Below, in pieces: positions 1 to 8,489 of a stretch of DNA of 51,795 bases (position 1 is its first letter; the number at the start of each line of letters is the position of its first letter). Position numbers and translations under genes: made by a program. The stretch covers positions 1 through 51,795 of the forward strand of contig CAYITO010000002.1 of NCBI GenBank assembly GCA_964366355.1, read 5' to 3'. The notes beneath the pieces were generated by a model, which made no database searches, was not told where the DNA came from, and was given only the letters and a program-made list of their open reading frames with translations. Source of the DNA: an uncultured archaeon (GTDB taxonomy: Archaea > Aenigmatarchaeota > Aenigmatarchaeia > CG10238-14 > SCSR01).

Positions 1-1
1 G

Positions 2-496
2 AATTTGATAGTTTTGAAATTAAACGAAATGGGCAAGCCGACGCAAAATCTTTATGTTACAAAAGTTGACGGGGGAGTTCTTGTGCAAGATCACGATATT
101 AAAAATTTGGATGAACTCAAGGTTGTCACAAAATCGCAACCGACGGAAGAGCAAATAGCTGGCATGAGGTTTGCATGGAAAGTTGTGAAGCACGTGAAAT
201 CAAATGCCATAGTCATAGCTAAGGATGAGCAGACTTTTGAAATAGGCATAGGCCAGACTAGCAGAGTTAATGCAGTCAAGATTGCTTTGGATAGAGCTGG
301 TGAAAATGCGAAAGGTGCTGTCTTGGCTTCCGATGGGTTCTTTCCTTTCAGGGATTCTGTTGACTTGGCTGCAAAATACGGCATATCATCAATCATACAA
401 CCAGGCGGCTCTATAAGAGACAAGGAAGTTGTTGATGCTGCAGATGAACACAAAATTTCCATGGTGCTAACAGGCATTAGAGCATTTAAACATTGA
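2..496 (+). CDS. purH: Bifunctional purine biosynthesis protein PurH, C-terminal AICAR transformylase part; the 5' end lies outside the window
   Basis: The translation ends with PurH C-terminal motifs (FFPFRD, QPGGSIRD ... ISMVLTGIRAFKH). The frame stays open to the window edge. Confidence 0.8.
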   Translation, partial: NLIVLKLNEMGKPTQNLYVTKVDGGVLVQDHDIKNLDELKVVTKSQPTEEQIAGMRFAWKVVKHVKSNAIVIAKDEQTFEIGIGQTSRVNAVKIALDRAGENAKGAVLASDGFFPFRDSVDLAAKYGISSIIQPGGSIRDKEVVDAADEHKISMVLTGIRAFKH

Positions 497-511
497 TTTT
501 CAATTGAAATT

Positions 512-1411
512 ATGTCCACGCTGATGGATGCAAAGTCGCTCTTTGAGAAAATCAAGGAAGAAGTAAAAGCAGATGTCGATTCATTAAAGAAGAAGGGCAT
601 TAATCCTGGGTTGGCTGCAGTGGTTGTCAGCGAGGAAGCAATATCGCACACCTATGTTTTTTTCAAGCAAAAAGACTGCAAGGAAGTAGGCATCAATTCC
701 CAAATGATTGACTTGTCGAAAGTCGATCAGAGGAATAGGGAAAATGAAGCACTTAGAGCTATCAAAGATTTGAATGACAGCGATGCCATGCATGGCATAA
801 TCGTCCAGATGCCATTTCCGAATTTTGTAAATGAAGAGAAGATTTTCAATGCATTATCTCCAGACAAGGATGTGGATAGTCTGACGCCTTATAGGTTGGG
901 CAAAATATTGCGGGGGGAGTATACATATAATGATTTGCTGCCATGCACACCCAGAGGTGTTGTCGAACTTTTGAAATATTACAAGGTTGATGTTGCAGGC
1001 AAGGATGTTGCAATTATCGGCAGGAGCGTTCTCGTAAGCAATACTTTGAGAAAGATGTTAGAAGATATGGATGCCACTGCAACTTGTTACCATACAAAAA
1101 GTAAAAATTTAGTTGAAAAAATAAGGCAATCTGATATAATTGTTAGTGCTGCCGGCAGACCTCCGGAAATGTACAAGGGAAATTCATTCAGGCTAACGGG
1201 CAATATGATAAAGAACGGGGCTGTTGTAGTCGGGGTCGGCGTTAGAAAAGATGCAAAAACTGGCAAATTATATTTTGATGTTGATGTCGAGAGCATGAAA
1301 GGCATAGCATCATTTGTTACGCCGAATATTGGCGGTATTGGACTGATGACTCGAGCCATGCTTCTTAAGAATACAATTTTAGCATGCAAAAAACTAAATG
1401 GTATAATATGA
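512..1411 (+). CDS. folD: Methylenetetrahydrofolate dehydrogenase / methenyl-THF cyclohydrolase (FolD)
   Basis: 299 aa with typical FolD length and motifs. It lies in a folate/purine context next to purH. Confidence 0.8.
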   Translation: MSTLMDAKSLFEKIKEEVKADVDSLKKKGINPGLAAVVVSEEAISHTYVFFKQKDCKEVGINSQMIDLSKVDQRNRENEALRAIKDLNDSDAMHGIIVQMPFPNFVNEEKIFNALSPDKDVDSLTPYRLGKILRGEYTYNDLLPCTPRGVVELLKYYKVDVAGKDVAIIGRSVLVSNTLRKMLEDMDATATCYHTKSKNLVEKIRQSDIIVSAAGRPPEMYKGNSFRLTGNMIKNGAVVVGVGVRKDAKTGKLYFDVDVESMKGIASFVTPNIGGIGLMTRAMLLKNTILACKKLNGII

Positions 1412-2028
1412 AGAGAAAGTCAGAAGAAAAGTTCAATAAAAAGAAGGAAAAGAAGGTTACGAAAGAAAGCTTAAGAGCAGAAATTAAAGCCAAGAGAGAA
1501 AAGTTATTAGCAGAAGAAGTCAAGGAGAAAAGCCGACTCATTAAAGAAAAGTTATTTTCCCTGCCGGAATTCAAATCCGCGCATACTGTTGCCTTTTATG
1601 CAGACTTGAAGGAAAGCAAGGAGGTGGAAACCGGGGAGATGATCAAAGAATCCTTGGAGATGGGCAAAAGGGTTTTGATTCCCATAACAGATTTGATAGG
1701 AAAGAAGCTGGTGTTTTCAGAAATAAGGAAACTTGAAGATTTGTCGCCTGGAACTTTTGATATCTTGGAACCCATTCCAGAATTGAGAAAGATATTGCCA
1801 TATGAAGCCATAAGGCTCATAGTAGTGCCGGGGGTTGCATTTGATCTGCACGGACATAGGATTGGTTATGGGCTGGGATTTTATGACAGATGCCTATCTA
1901 AGTTGACAAGATACGTGACTAAAATAGGACTGGCGTTTGAATTGCAAATTGTTGACAAACTGCCTAGAGAAGATCATGATATAAAGTTGAATAAAGTTAT
2001 TACTGAAGAACGAATTATAGAACGCTGA
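1408..2028 (+). CDS. 5-formyltetrahydrofolate cyclo-ligase (MTHFS) with a Lys-rich N-terminal extension
   Basis: Pattern LRAEIKAKREKL ... AFYADLKESKEVETGEMI ... GLGFYDR is typical of the 5-FTHF cyclo-ligase family. The start is ambiguous (1384 or 1408) and overlaps the folD stop. Confidence 0.7.
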   Translation: MKRKSEEKFNKKKEKKVTKESLRAEIKAKREKLLAEEVKEKSRLIKEKLFSLPEFKSAHTVAFYADLKESKEVETGEMIKESLEMGKRVLIPITDLIGKKLVFSEIRKLEDLSPGTFDILEPIPELRKILPYEAIRLIVVPGVAFDLHGHRIGYGLGFYDRCLSKLTRYVTKIGLAFELQIVDKLPREDHDIKLNKVITEERIIER

Positions 2029-2039
2029 TAATCTAATTT

Positions 2040-3107
2040 TTAGATAAGTCTGATTTTATTACCTCTAAAAATTGCAACTAAATTTCTAGAATATGTAATT
2101 CTACCTATAACATCGGCTTCAACTCTATTTCTTTCAAGAAAATCTAATAAATCATCTTTAGAATTTTTAGAAACAATAAAAGAAAAACCCCATCCCAAAT
2201 TGAAAGTTTTTAAGAATTCTTTATCAGTTAATGTTACACCTAAATCTTTAGCTGTATCTTGTACTAATTGAAAGATCGGTTGAGGTTTGAAGTTGTTGAA
2301 CTCAAATCCTATTTTACTATCGTTAAATTTCATCAATTTTCCAAACTTCAAATAAGCATCTCCTGTAATATGAACGGCAGCTTTAATTTTAAATTTTTTA
2401 GCAACTTTTGAAAATGATTCAAAATATACTTTAGTTGGCTTTAAAACTTCGTGGACAAGTTCCGTATCAAAACCATTAGGTATATAAAATGGATTATATT
2501 TACCGCCCCATTTTTTAAACAAAATTCTTCTAACTAATGATATACCATTACTATGCAATCCGGAACTTCTTAATCCTATTATTACGTCATCGATTTCAAG
2601 ATTATTCCCCCAAATTATTTCATTCTCAGTAAGTTCACCCACACAGCTGCAAATTATATGAAAAGGATTTTCAGATACACCATTAATTAATTCCTTTACG
2701 TCAGCAATTTCTCCTCCTACAATTGGAACTCGTGCCTGATTTGCCCCTTTCTTAATACCTTTAACTAATTCTGAAATAATTTTTGGTTCAGATTTATGTA
2801 TATCAATATTATCTGCGAGTGAAACTGGTTTAGCACCAGAACGAATAATATCATTTACAGTCATAGCTACAGCATCAATTCCTATAGTATCAAACTTGTT
2901 TGCCAATTGAGCTATCAGAACTTTCGTACCAACTCCTTCAATTACATGATCTTGATATTTTCCGTTGCCAACAGAATATATAGTATTGTAAGGTAGTTTT
3001 GTCATGGGATATTCATAAGCTTTTTCGAAATCACTAAGATTGGCTTTTGATTCTGCTCTAGAATCTCTATCAACACCTGCATCAGAATAGGTAATTTCTT
3101 TTTCCAT
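2040..3107 (-). CDS. purM: Phosphoribosylformylglycinamidine cyclo-ligase (AIR synthetase, PurM)
   Basis: PurM-like N- and C-domains (DAGVD ... VGGEIADV). The likely start is the internal Met MEKEITY at 3107, not the ORF-track start at 3218. Confidence 0.85.
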   Translation of the reverse strand: MEKEITYSDAGVDRDSRAESKANLSDFEKAYEYPMTKLPYNTIYSVGNGKYQDHVIEGVGTKVLIAQLANKFDTIGIDAVAMTVNDIIRSGAKPVSLADNIDIHKSEPKIISELVKGIKKGANQARVPIVGGEIADVKELINGVSENPFHIICSCVGELTENEIIWGNNLEIDDVIIGLRSSGLHSNGISLVRRILFKKWGGKYNPFYIPNGFDTELVHEVLKPTKVYFESFSKVAKKFKIKAAVHITGDAYLKFGKLMKFNDSKIGFEFNNFKPQPIFQLVQDTAKDLGVTLTDKEFLKTFNLGWGFSFIVSKNSKDDLLDFLERNRVEADVIGRITYSRNLVAIFRGNKIRLI

Positions 3108-3159
3108 ATCTCTACTTTTGACAGTAGAATTTATAAATTGACTGAAAACAAAGTGGATT

Positions 3160-3411
3160 ATGATGTTCTCTCTAGATATATCAGAGGTTGCAGAGAGGAG
3201 ACTAAAGAAATTTGACAAAGAACTTCAAAGAAGGTTCTTCAAGAAAGTAGAAAAGTTGAAAATAAATCCATATCATGGCAAACCTCTACGATACGGCTTA
3301 TCTGGTACGTGGGAACTGTATTTTGAGAAAAGTTTTAGAATTTTGTATTCCATAGATAAGAACAGTAAGAAAGTAACTATTGAATCTATATGGCACAAAG
3401 ACGAATTTTAG
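3160..3411 (+). CDS. RelE/ParE-family type II toxin (mRNA interferase-like)
   Basis: 83 aa. GKPLRYGLSGTWELYFEKSFRILYSIDKNSKKVTIESIWHKDEF is the canonical RelE/ParE C-terminal core. Confidence 0.75.
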   Translation: MMFSLDISEVAERRLKKFDKELQRRFFKKVEKLKINPYHGKPLRYGLSGTWELYFEKSFRILYSIDKNSKKVTIESIWHKDEF

Positions 3412-3617
3412 ATATTAAGCTCTTTTTTGACATCATCTAAGGATCTGACTTTACCTTTTTTAATTGCTTCCTTGCCAGCCATAACCTCTTTCAGCAATTT
3501 TGGATTAGACAAAATCTCCAAGGTATCTGTTAAAGACTCCATCTCCCGTTTAGTTGCCATTCTGTTCTCTATTCTCCTCAATTCCTTGTAGATGTCCTCC
3601 AGCTTTATTTGGGCCAT
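3408..3617 (-). CDS. Small antitoxin-like protein, convergent with the RelE toxin and overlapping it by 4 bp
   Basis: 69 aa. Its C-terminus EILSNPKLLKEVMAGKEAIKKGKVRSLDDVKKEL resembles type II antitoxin C-termini and the antitoxin at 14212. A TATA-like tttataaa lies about 27 bp upstream on the minus strand. Confidence 0.5.
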   Translation of the reverse strand: MAQIKLEDIYKELRRIENRMATKREMESLTDTLEILSNPKLLKEVMAGKEAIKKGKVRSLDDVKKELNI

Positions 3618-3850
3618 AATTAAGAAATATGTATTGTTATTTATAAGTTTTATAAATTGAAGGAAGAAAAGAAAGGGGTTGTTGGGGAATGTTATACCTT
3701 AAGGGCTTTATTTTGAAAGTTTTTTGAATGAACTTCCGTTTTGCCCTTATCCCTTCCTTTCCAACCAAAAGACATTTCTATTCAGGATATAAAAACTTTT
3801 CCCAAAAAAAATATACAAAAATTTAAAAACCACTGCATTTATTTTGTTAA

Positions 3851-4651
3851 TCAAATCTTTTTCCTTACATAATCTACAATCGAATCAAAAATATACTTCC
3901 CGTCACCGTATTCTTCATTGCTGTTAGATGTCCAATCGGGATACTGAAACTTGAAAAAAGAATCTTCTGGATGGGGCATGAATGCCAAAACATTTCCCTC
4001 TGGATTGCATATACCAGCTATGTCATCAACAGAACCATTCGGATTAAACGGATACTCCCCATTGGCTAGTTCACCATCCTGTTTAGCATATCTCAAGACA
4101 ATTTGCTTGTTTTCATCCAATTTTTCCAGGACATCTTTTGGCGCAATAAAACGTCCCTCGCCATGCGCAGTTGGCGCCCTGATGAGCTTACCTATAGGCA
4201 CCGATTCTGTTAACTTGCAGTTGGAGCTTTGATTTTTCATTGTTATCCATCTGCATTCGAATCTTGCCGATGCGTTGTTTGCTAGGACTGCCTCCGGATA
4301 TTCCGACATGCCGTCTATTGCCGGCAGAAATCCCGCTTCAACTAGAATCTGGAAACCGTTGCACATGCCCAATAGCGCTCTACCGCTTCTTACAAACCTC
4401 TCCATCTCATCTCCAATTTTTGTCTTCAATTCCTTTCCGAAAATTGCACCTGAGCGAATGTAATCGCCATAGGAAAAACCGCCAGGTAGAACAACTAAAT
4501 GATAATCCAAAAGGTTTTGTTCTCTAGCAATCCTGTTCAAGTGGCATACATCAGCTTTAACGCCTAGATGATCCAGAACGTTCTTCACATCGCCATCTCT
4601 ATTGGTTCCAGCAACTCTAAGAATGCAAACACGTATATCGTCTGTATTCAT
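3851..4651 (-). CDS. purQ: Phosphoribosylformylglycinamidine synthase I, glutaminase subunit (PurQ)
   Basis: 266 aa class-I glutamine amidotransferase with PurQ-like sequence (LPGGFSYGDY ... GMCNGFQIL ... HPE). Confidence 0.85.
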   Translation of the reverse strand: MNTDDIRVCILRVAGTNRDGDVKNVLDHLGVKADVCHLNRIAREQNLLDYHLVVLPGGFSYGDYIRSGAIFGKELKTKIGDEMERFVRSGRALLGMCNGFQILVEAGFLPAIDGMSEYPEAVLANNASARFECRWITMKNQSSNCKLTESVPIGKLIRAPTAHGEGRFIAPKDVLEKLDENKQIVLRYAKQDGELANGEYPFNPNGSVDDIAGICNPEGNVLAFMPHPEDSFFKFQYPDWTSNSNEEYGDGKYIFDSIVDYVRKKI

Positions 4652-4714
4652 GTTATTTAGTTGTCGACTACATTTTAAAAGCTAATTATTCTAGTCTTAT
4701 ACTGTTTCCACATC

Positions 4715-5551
4715 TCAAGAGAAATACTCTGGAATTCTAATGAAATCATTGGCAAGCTGTTTAAGCGTTTTCCTATTCTCCGGCAAAGAACCTGCAATCA
4801 AATCTCTTCCTAAAGATATGACGAGTTTTAATACACCTGGGTTTAGAAGTAGCTTATCTCTTTTGAGGAGTCTAGATTCAAGAAGCTTAAAAGTATCTCT
4901 CAAATATCCAAATAAGCTGTCGCGCAAGGCAGTGGAATCTGAAAATCTATTGGGATTTATAACATAGTTATCAGAAGACTCTTTAGTTAAGACTCCCTGT
5001 TCCACCAAACTGTCAAAAACAGGTCTATATTCTTCCCTGAGTATATCGGCAGTGGGTCCTGATCTCATTGCCCTAATCCACGTTGGAGTCATGTAATAAT
5101 CAAACACGGGCTTTTCCACCATGTGCGATGCTATAGGAAGCAATAACGGGACTGCTGCATCACTGGCGCGCGTATGATAAGTTGAAAGTGTTATTCTAGT
5201 AAGTTCTTCCTTCGTGCCGAAGGCTAATGCAGCGACGTATTCGTCTTCATCCAGAGGTTGTACTTTAAATGGTAATCCTGTGCGTCGTCTAGTTGAAAAA
5301 CTCTGGAGAGCTTCCCTTGGCATATAGGTTATGTTAACTTGCGTTGGGAAATCATCGGTTCTAACATACTTTAAACCCAAAGTTCCCCGAGTTACGATAA
5401 CCATATCGACATCGGAATCTGGGTTGTGATAACCGTTGAATCGTGAACCTTCGCCATATGCTGCAAAACTATCTGGAGTATATAGTTCACGTGCCAAAAT
5501 TTTCAAGTCGCCGATGTTTAGTCCGCTGCTGACATCCACCGCTCCTTTCAT
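4715..5551 (-). CDS. Pol-beta-superfamily nucleotidyltransferase (KNTase-like), function unknown
   Basis: Carries the nucleotidyltransferase signature GS-x10-DSDVDMVIV. 278 aa with a helical C-terminal half. Confidence 0.5.
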   Translation of the reverse strand: MKGAVDVSSGLNIGDLKILARELYTPDSFAAYGEGSRFNGYHNPDSDVDMVIVTRGTLGLKYVRTDDFPTQVNITYMPREALQSFSTRRRTGLPFKVQPLDEDEYVAALAFGTKEELTRITLSTYHTRASDAAVPLLLPIASHMVEKPVFDYYMTPTWIRAMRSGPTADILREEYRPVFDSLVEQGVLTKESSDNYVINPNRFSDSTALRDSLFGYLRDTFKLLESRLLKRDKLLLNPGVLKLVISLGRDLIAGSLPENRKTLKQLANDFIRIPEYFS

Positions 5552-5716
5552 ATATCATCACCCAAGAGTTTCTTGATAGCGTATTCTACAAAATGGGACC
5601 TGTTCCTGAAAGCAGAGCTTCCCAGTATCGAATCCATATCTTGTAAAGTTTTCTCGTCGAGCGATATGCTTACTTTTTGCTTCATTTTACCACTAAGTAG
5701 TAAGAATTACTACTAT

Positions 5717-5757
5717 TTAAAGATTTCTATATTTCACTATATAATAGTAGTAACTAA
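5717..5757. repeat. 41-bp direct repeat copy A (ttaaagatttctatatttcactatataatagtagtaactaa). It is preceded by an inverted arm, ttactactatt, able to pair with aatagtagtaa
   Basis: Exact 41/41 identity with 6490..6530, read directly from the sequence. Confidence 0.9.
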
Positions 5758-5776
5758 AGAATATCGGTATCATCAA

Positions 5777-6091
5777 TTAAGCTTCTGGAAAGAATTGCTT
5801 AATCTTTTGTAAAATTTCTTGGGAATATCTAGGATTCAAACCCACCTGAACACCGTAATGCGTAGGCTTAGTTAGAATGAGGCCTTCTTTAACAAGTTCT
5901 TTAACTAATTTATCGATTCTACGAAGCCCTTCTTTTCCCAAATCTCTATTGCTCCAACCTTTCTTCAAATTTTCAAATGAAGTATGAGCTCCTCCCCATT
6001 TACCATGTCTAAATAATTTCAAAAGAATTCTGGATACAATTTGTTCGTCTGTAAACATTAGTCCACTTATAATACCTTTGGAAGGTAACAT
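5777..6091 (-). CDS. Hypothetical small protein, probably winged-helix, inside the repeat-bracketed cassette
   Basis: 104 aa ORF. Its start is 15 bp from the start of the divergent gene at 6106. No confident family assignment. Confidence 0.5.
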   Translation of the reverse strand: MLPSKGIISGLMFTDEQIVSRILLKLFRHGKWGGAHTSFENLKKGWSNRDLGKEGLRRIDKLVKELVKEGLILTKPTHYGVQVGLNPRYSQEILQKIKQFFPEA

Positions 6092-6105
6092 TTATATACC
6101 TTTAA

Positions 6106-6459
6106 ATGCTACACTATTCTATGGAAGATAAGACTCTGTTGATCGAAGCTTTAGGAGATAGTCCAACATTGCGCATAATAGATTTTTTTCTAGATAACCG
6201 TAGTGACTATTCCAAAAAGGAAATTATAGAGGCGACGGGTATGTCGAAAACCACTTTCTATAAAATTTGGGGCGCATTGAAGGAATTTTCGGTAGTGAAA
6301 TCCACAAGGAAATATGGAAAAGCACAATTGTTTTCCTTGGATGAAAGTAATGATGTAGTTAAGAAACTAATGGCTTTAGAATTTGCGCTCGGGAAACAGG
6401 CGATGGAAAAGGCAGTTGTAGAAAATAAGATCGCCATAGATGCTAAAAAGAAGCAGTAG
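6106..6459 (+). CDS. Archaeal winged helix-turn-helix transcriptional regulator
   Basis: 117 aa. LRIIDFFLDNRSDYSKKEIIEATGMSKTTFYKIWGALKEFSVV has a wHTH pattern. Confidence 0.6.
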   Translation: MLHYSMEDKTLLIEALGDSPTLRIIDFFLDNRSDYSKKEIIEATGMSKTTFYKIWGALKEFSVVKSTRKYGKAQLFSLDESNDVVKKLMALEFALGKQAMEKAVVENKIAIDAKKKQ

Positions 6460-6489
6460 AAGTGCAAGTGAAGAAATAATTTTCCTAGA

Positions 6490-6530
6490 TTAAAGATTTC
6501 TATATTTCACTATATAATAGTAGTAACTAA
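6490..6530. repeat. 41-bp direct repeat copy B
   Basis: Identical to 5717..5757. This copy lacks the upstream inverted arm. Confidence 0.9.
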
Positions 6531-6559
6531 TGATGGGGAAGGTCCCTAGAAGTACGAAA

Positions 6560-8449
6560 TCAAACAAGAAATGGCGGCAAATCAACTTTCGGTACTGCAA
6601 CAATGTATTCGTTGAATGCCAATATACCCTTATGCAGATTATCGCGCAAATATCCCCAACCATGTATGTAAACTGGATTAAATCCAGCAGGAGTTAAAAA
6701 ATAAATGTGTTCTATTCCTGCTTCTTCTAGTCGTTTATGGAATTCTTTTGTTTCCGTTTCAGACCAAATATCATTTATGCCTACATCTAGGTAAAGTGTC
6801 ATATGATTTATCTGCTCTTTAGGTGGTATTTTAACTTTATTAAAAATTACAAAATCGCCCTTTGTTGTAAAGGATATTGGATCATATAAAACATATCTTT
6901 GATAAAAACCACTATAACCTGCCAAAAACCCAAACAACTCAGGATGCCTAAATCCTATCCAAAAGGCGCCATGCCCACCAATAGAAAAACCCAAAATGCC
7001 CCGTGCTGATTTGTCTGCTATTGTTCTGTATGTGGAATCTATATATGGAATTAAATCCTTCACTATGTAGTCTTCATAATTGCCGCATGAACGGACTTCT
7101 GGATGTTTACTTACTGCAATGAAAGGATTGAACCCGCTACAACCATTTTCCAATCCACTGTCATCTATGTCGGGCATTACGAATATTATTTCTTCAAGAC
7201 CTTCTTTTGTAAGCTTATCCAAAGTTTTATCTATGTCCGCTTTTTTAAGCCAGGCATTATGGTCTTCTGCTGCTCCATGCATGAGATATAAAACTGGATA
7301 GTTTTTTGAACTAGAATAATAACTAGGTGGGAGGTATATGAGGTATTTTCTCTCCTTCTTCAAGGCTGGGCTATAAAAGCTCATCTCTGCAAAAGGTTGG
7401 CAATCCCCTTGCCCAATAGCGCACCAAGAACAAGTTCTACATGCCCAGTCAGAGGATGCAGACTTTATGGGTTTATAACTTCCATCAGAACATTTGTATA
7501 CACCTTGGTATGCTCCGCCACAACCAAGCCCCTGTTGCTGTTCTATTGTACCTTGATCATATTCCCCACATCTAACTCCTATGTATTCGTCACAAGTTAT
7601 TGGCTGAGATTCTATTGGTGATTCACTTCCCTGTGATTGACTTTTCCCAATAAGTGTAGGGGCACAAACACTCTGATAATCAAAATCTTGAGGCGGCTGT
7701 AGAAAGAAATTACAGCAATCACCATAACCTTCACATAAATTATCGCACCAGCATTCTTTACCATCACCGATACCAAATGATTTGCCACACTTATCTTTAG
7801 TACAGATAAGTCCAGCAGATTGTGGAATTCCTGATGATGTAGTAATCGGGGTCGGCGCAGATGATGGTTGCCCTCCGCAAAGCTGCTGATAATCAGAACA
7901 GCAATCTTTGTTACCAGTACAAATTGTATCACAGTAGCACGGCGGTGATGAGCCTAGTACTGGTTTATTATCTTTATTGCAATAGTTTTTACCGTCATCT
8001 GGATCAATATTTGCGCAACCACCAGAAGATTGAGGTGTTGGTTGTGGTGTGGGAGAAGGTGCAGCACCTTTGCAAACACTTTGATAACCTTGAGAGCCTG
8101 TGCAGCAATCACCATAACCTTCACATAAATTATCGCACCAGCATGGCTGAGAAGTAGAGGATACGCCTTCTCCACCGCATTTATTTTGGCAACTGCCTTC
8201 GTATGATGCAGATGGTATCGAAGTAGTGCTTACACACTGTCCATTGCTGCATGTAGTTCCTGAAGGGCATTTGATAAAATTCCAATCCTTGAAGCCATCG
8301 TTATTGATGTCTTTACATTCCCAAAGGAAATCAGTGCCTTGGCATACGGATGCCGTACATGCATCTTGTTGTGCCGTAACTATTAAATTAGATAATAGGA
8401 ATAACAAAGATCCTGTGACTGCAATAAAAAAGAAATATGAAAGTTTCAT
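6560..8449 (-). CDS. Secreted esterase (Esterase-D / putative-esterase fold, GFSIGGHG nucleophile elbow) with an N-terminal signal peptide and three somatomedin-B-like Cys-rich modules
   Basis: Signal peptide MKLSYFFFIAVTGSLLFLLS. The Cys-rich modules are ...CWCDNLCEGYGDCCTGSQGYQSVC, ...CYCDTICTGNKDCCSDYQQLC and ...CWCDNLCEGYGDCC...DYQSVC. The C-terminal half has a G-x-S-x-G esterase motif and a conserved His. Confidence 0.7.
   Translation of the reverse strand: MKLSYFFFIAVTGSLLFLLSNLIVTAQQDACTASVCQGTDFLWECKDINNDGFKDWNFIKCPSGTTCSNGQCVSTTSIPSASYEGSCQNKCGGEGVSSTSQPCWCDNLCEGYGDCCTGSQGYQSVCKGAAPSPTPQPTPQSSGGCANIDPDDGKNYCNKDNKPVLGSSPPCYCDTICTGNKDCCSDYQQLCGGQPSSAPTPITTSSGIPQSAGLICTKDKCGKSFGIGDGKECWCDNLCEGYGDCCNFFLQPPQDFDYQSVCAPTLIGKSQSQGSESPIESQPITCDEYIGVRCGEYDQGTIEQQQGLGCGGAYQGVYKCSDGSYKPIKSASSDWACRTCSWCAIGQGDCQPFAEMSFYSPALKKERKYLIYLPPSYYSSSKNYPVLYLMHGAAEDHNAWLKKADIDKTLDKLTKEGLEEIIFVMPDIDDSGLENGCSGFNPFIAVSKHPEVRSCGNYEDYIVKDLIPYIDSTYRTIADKSARGILGFSIGGHGAFWIGFRHPELFGFLAGYSGFYQRYVLYDPISFTTKGDFVIFNKVKIPPKEQINHMTLYLDVGINDIWSETETKEFHKRLEEAGIEHIYFLTPAGFNPVYIHGWGYLRDNLHKGILAFNEYIVAVPKVDLPPFLV
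7713..7754. repeat. Intragenic 42-nt exact duplication (copy 1) within the SMB-like modules
   Basis: cagcaatcaccataaccttcacataaattatcgcaccagcat is identical to 8103..8144. The offset is 390 nt, which is in frame. Confidence 0.9.
8103..8144. repeat. Intragenic 42-nt exact duplication (copy 2)
   Basis: Identical to 7713..7754. Confidence 0.9.
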
Positions 8450-8489
8450 TAATTAAAATTATGAATTTAACGCCAAATATAAATGTGAT

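Noticed and set aside
91-651. A 186-aa minus-strand ORF antisense to purH/folD. Other long antisense ORFs of the same kind include 14947..15627, 46621..47217, 49110..49676, 10056..10439 and 26977..27393.
   Set aside because: These are shadow ORFs lying fully inside well-supported genes on the opposite strand. Their sequences are low-complexity or Ser/Leu-rich and carry no recognisable motifs.
3133-3660. tttataaattga on both sides of the RelE/antitoxin pair, considered as a target-site duplication.
   Set aside because: The match is only 12 bp in AT-rich DNA. Both copies sit about 25 bp upstream of start codons and look like ordinary TATA boxes. It is mentioned only as weak support within a finding.
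5573-5812. A 79-aa ORF spanning the 41-bp repeat region.
   Set aside because: It is composed of the repeat/hairpin sequence and AT-rich intergenic DNA. It has no start context, and its translation is Ile/Leu/Phe/Tyr-rich, consistent with the AT-rich DNA.
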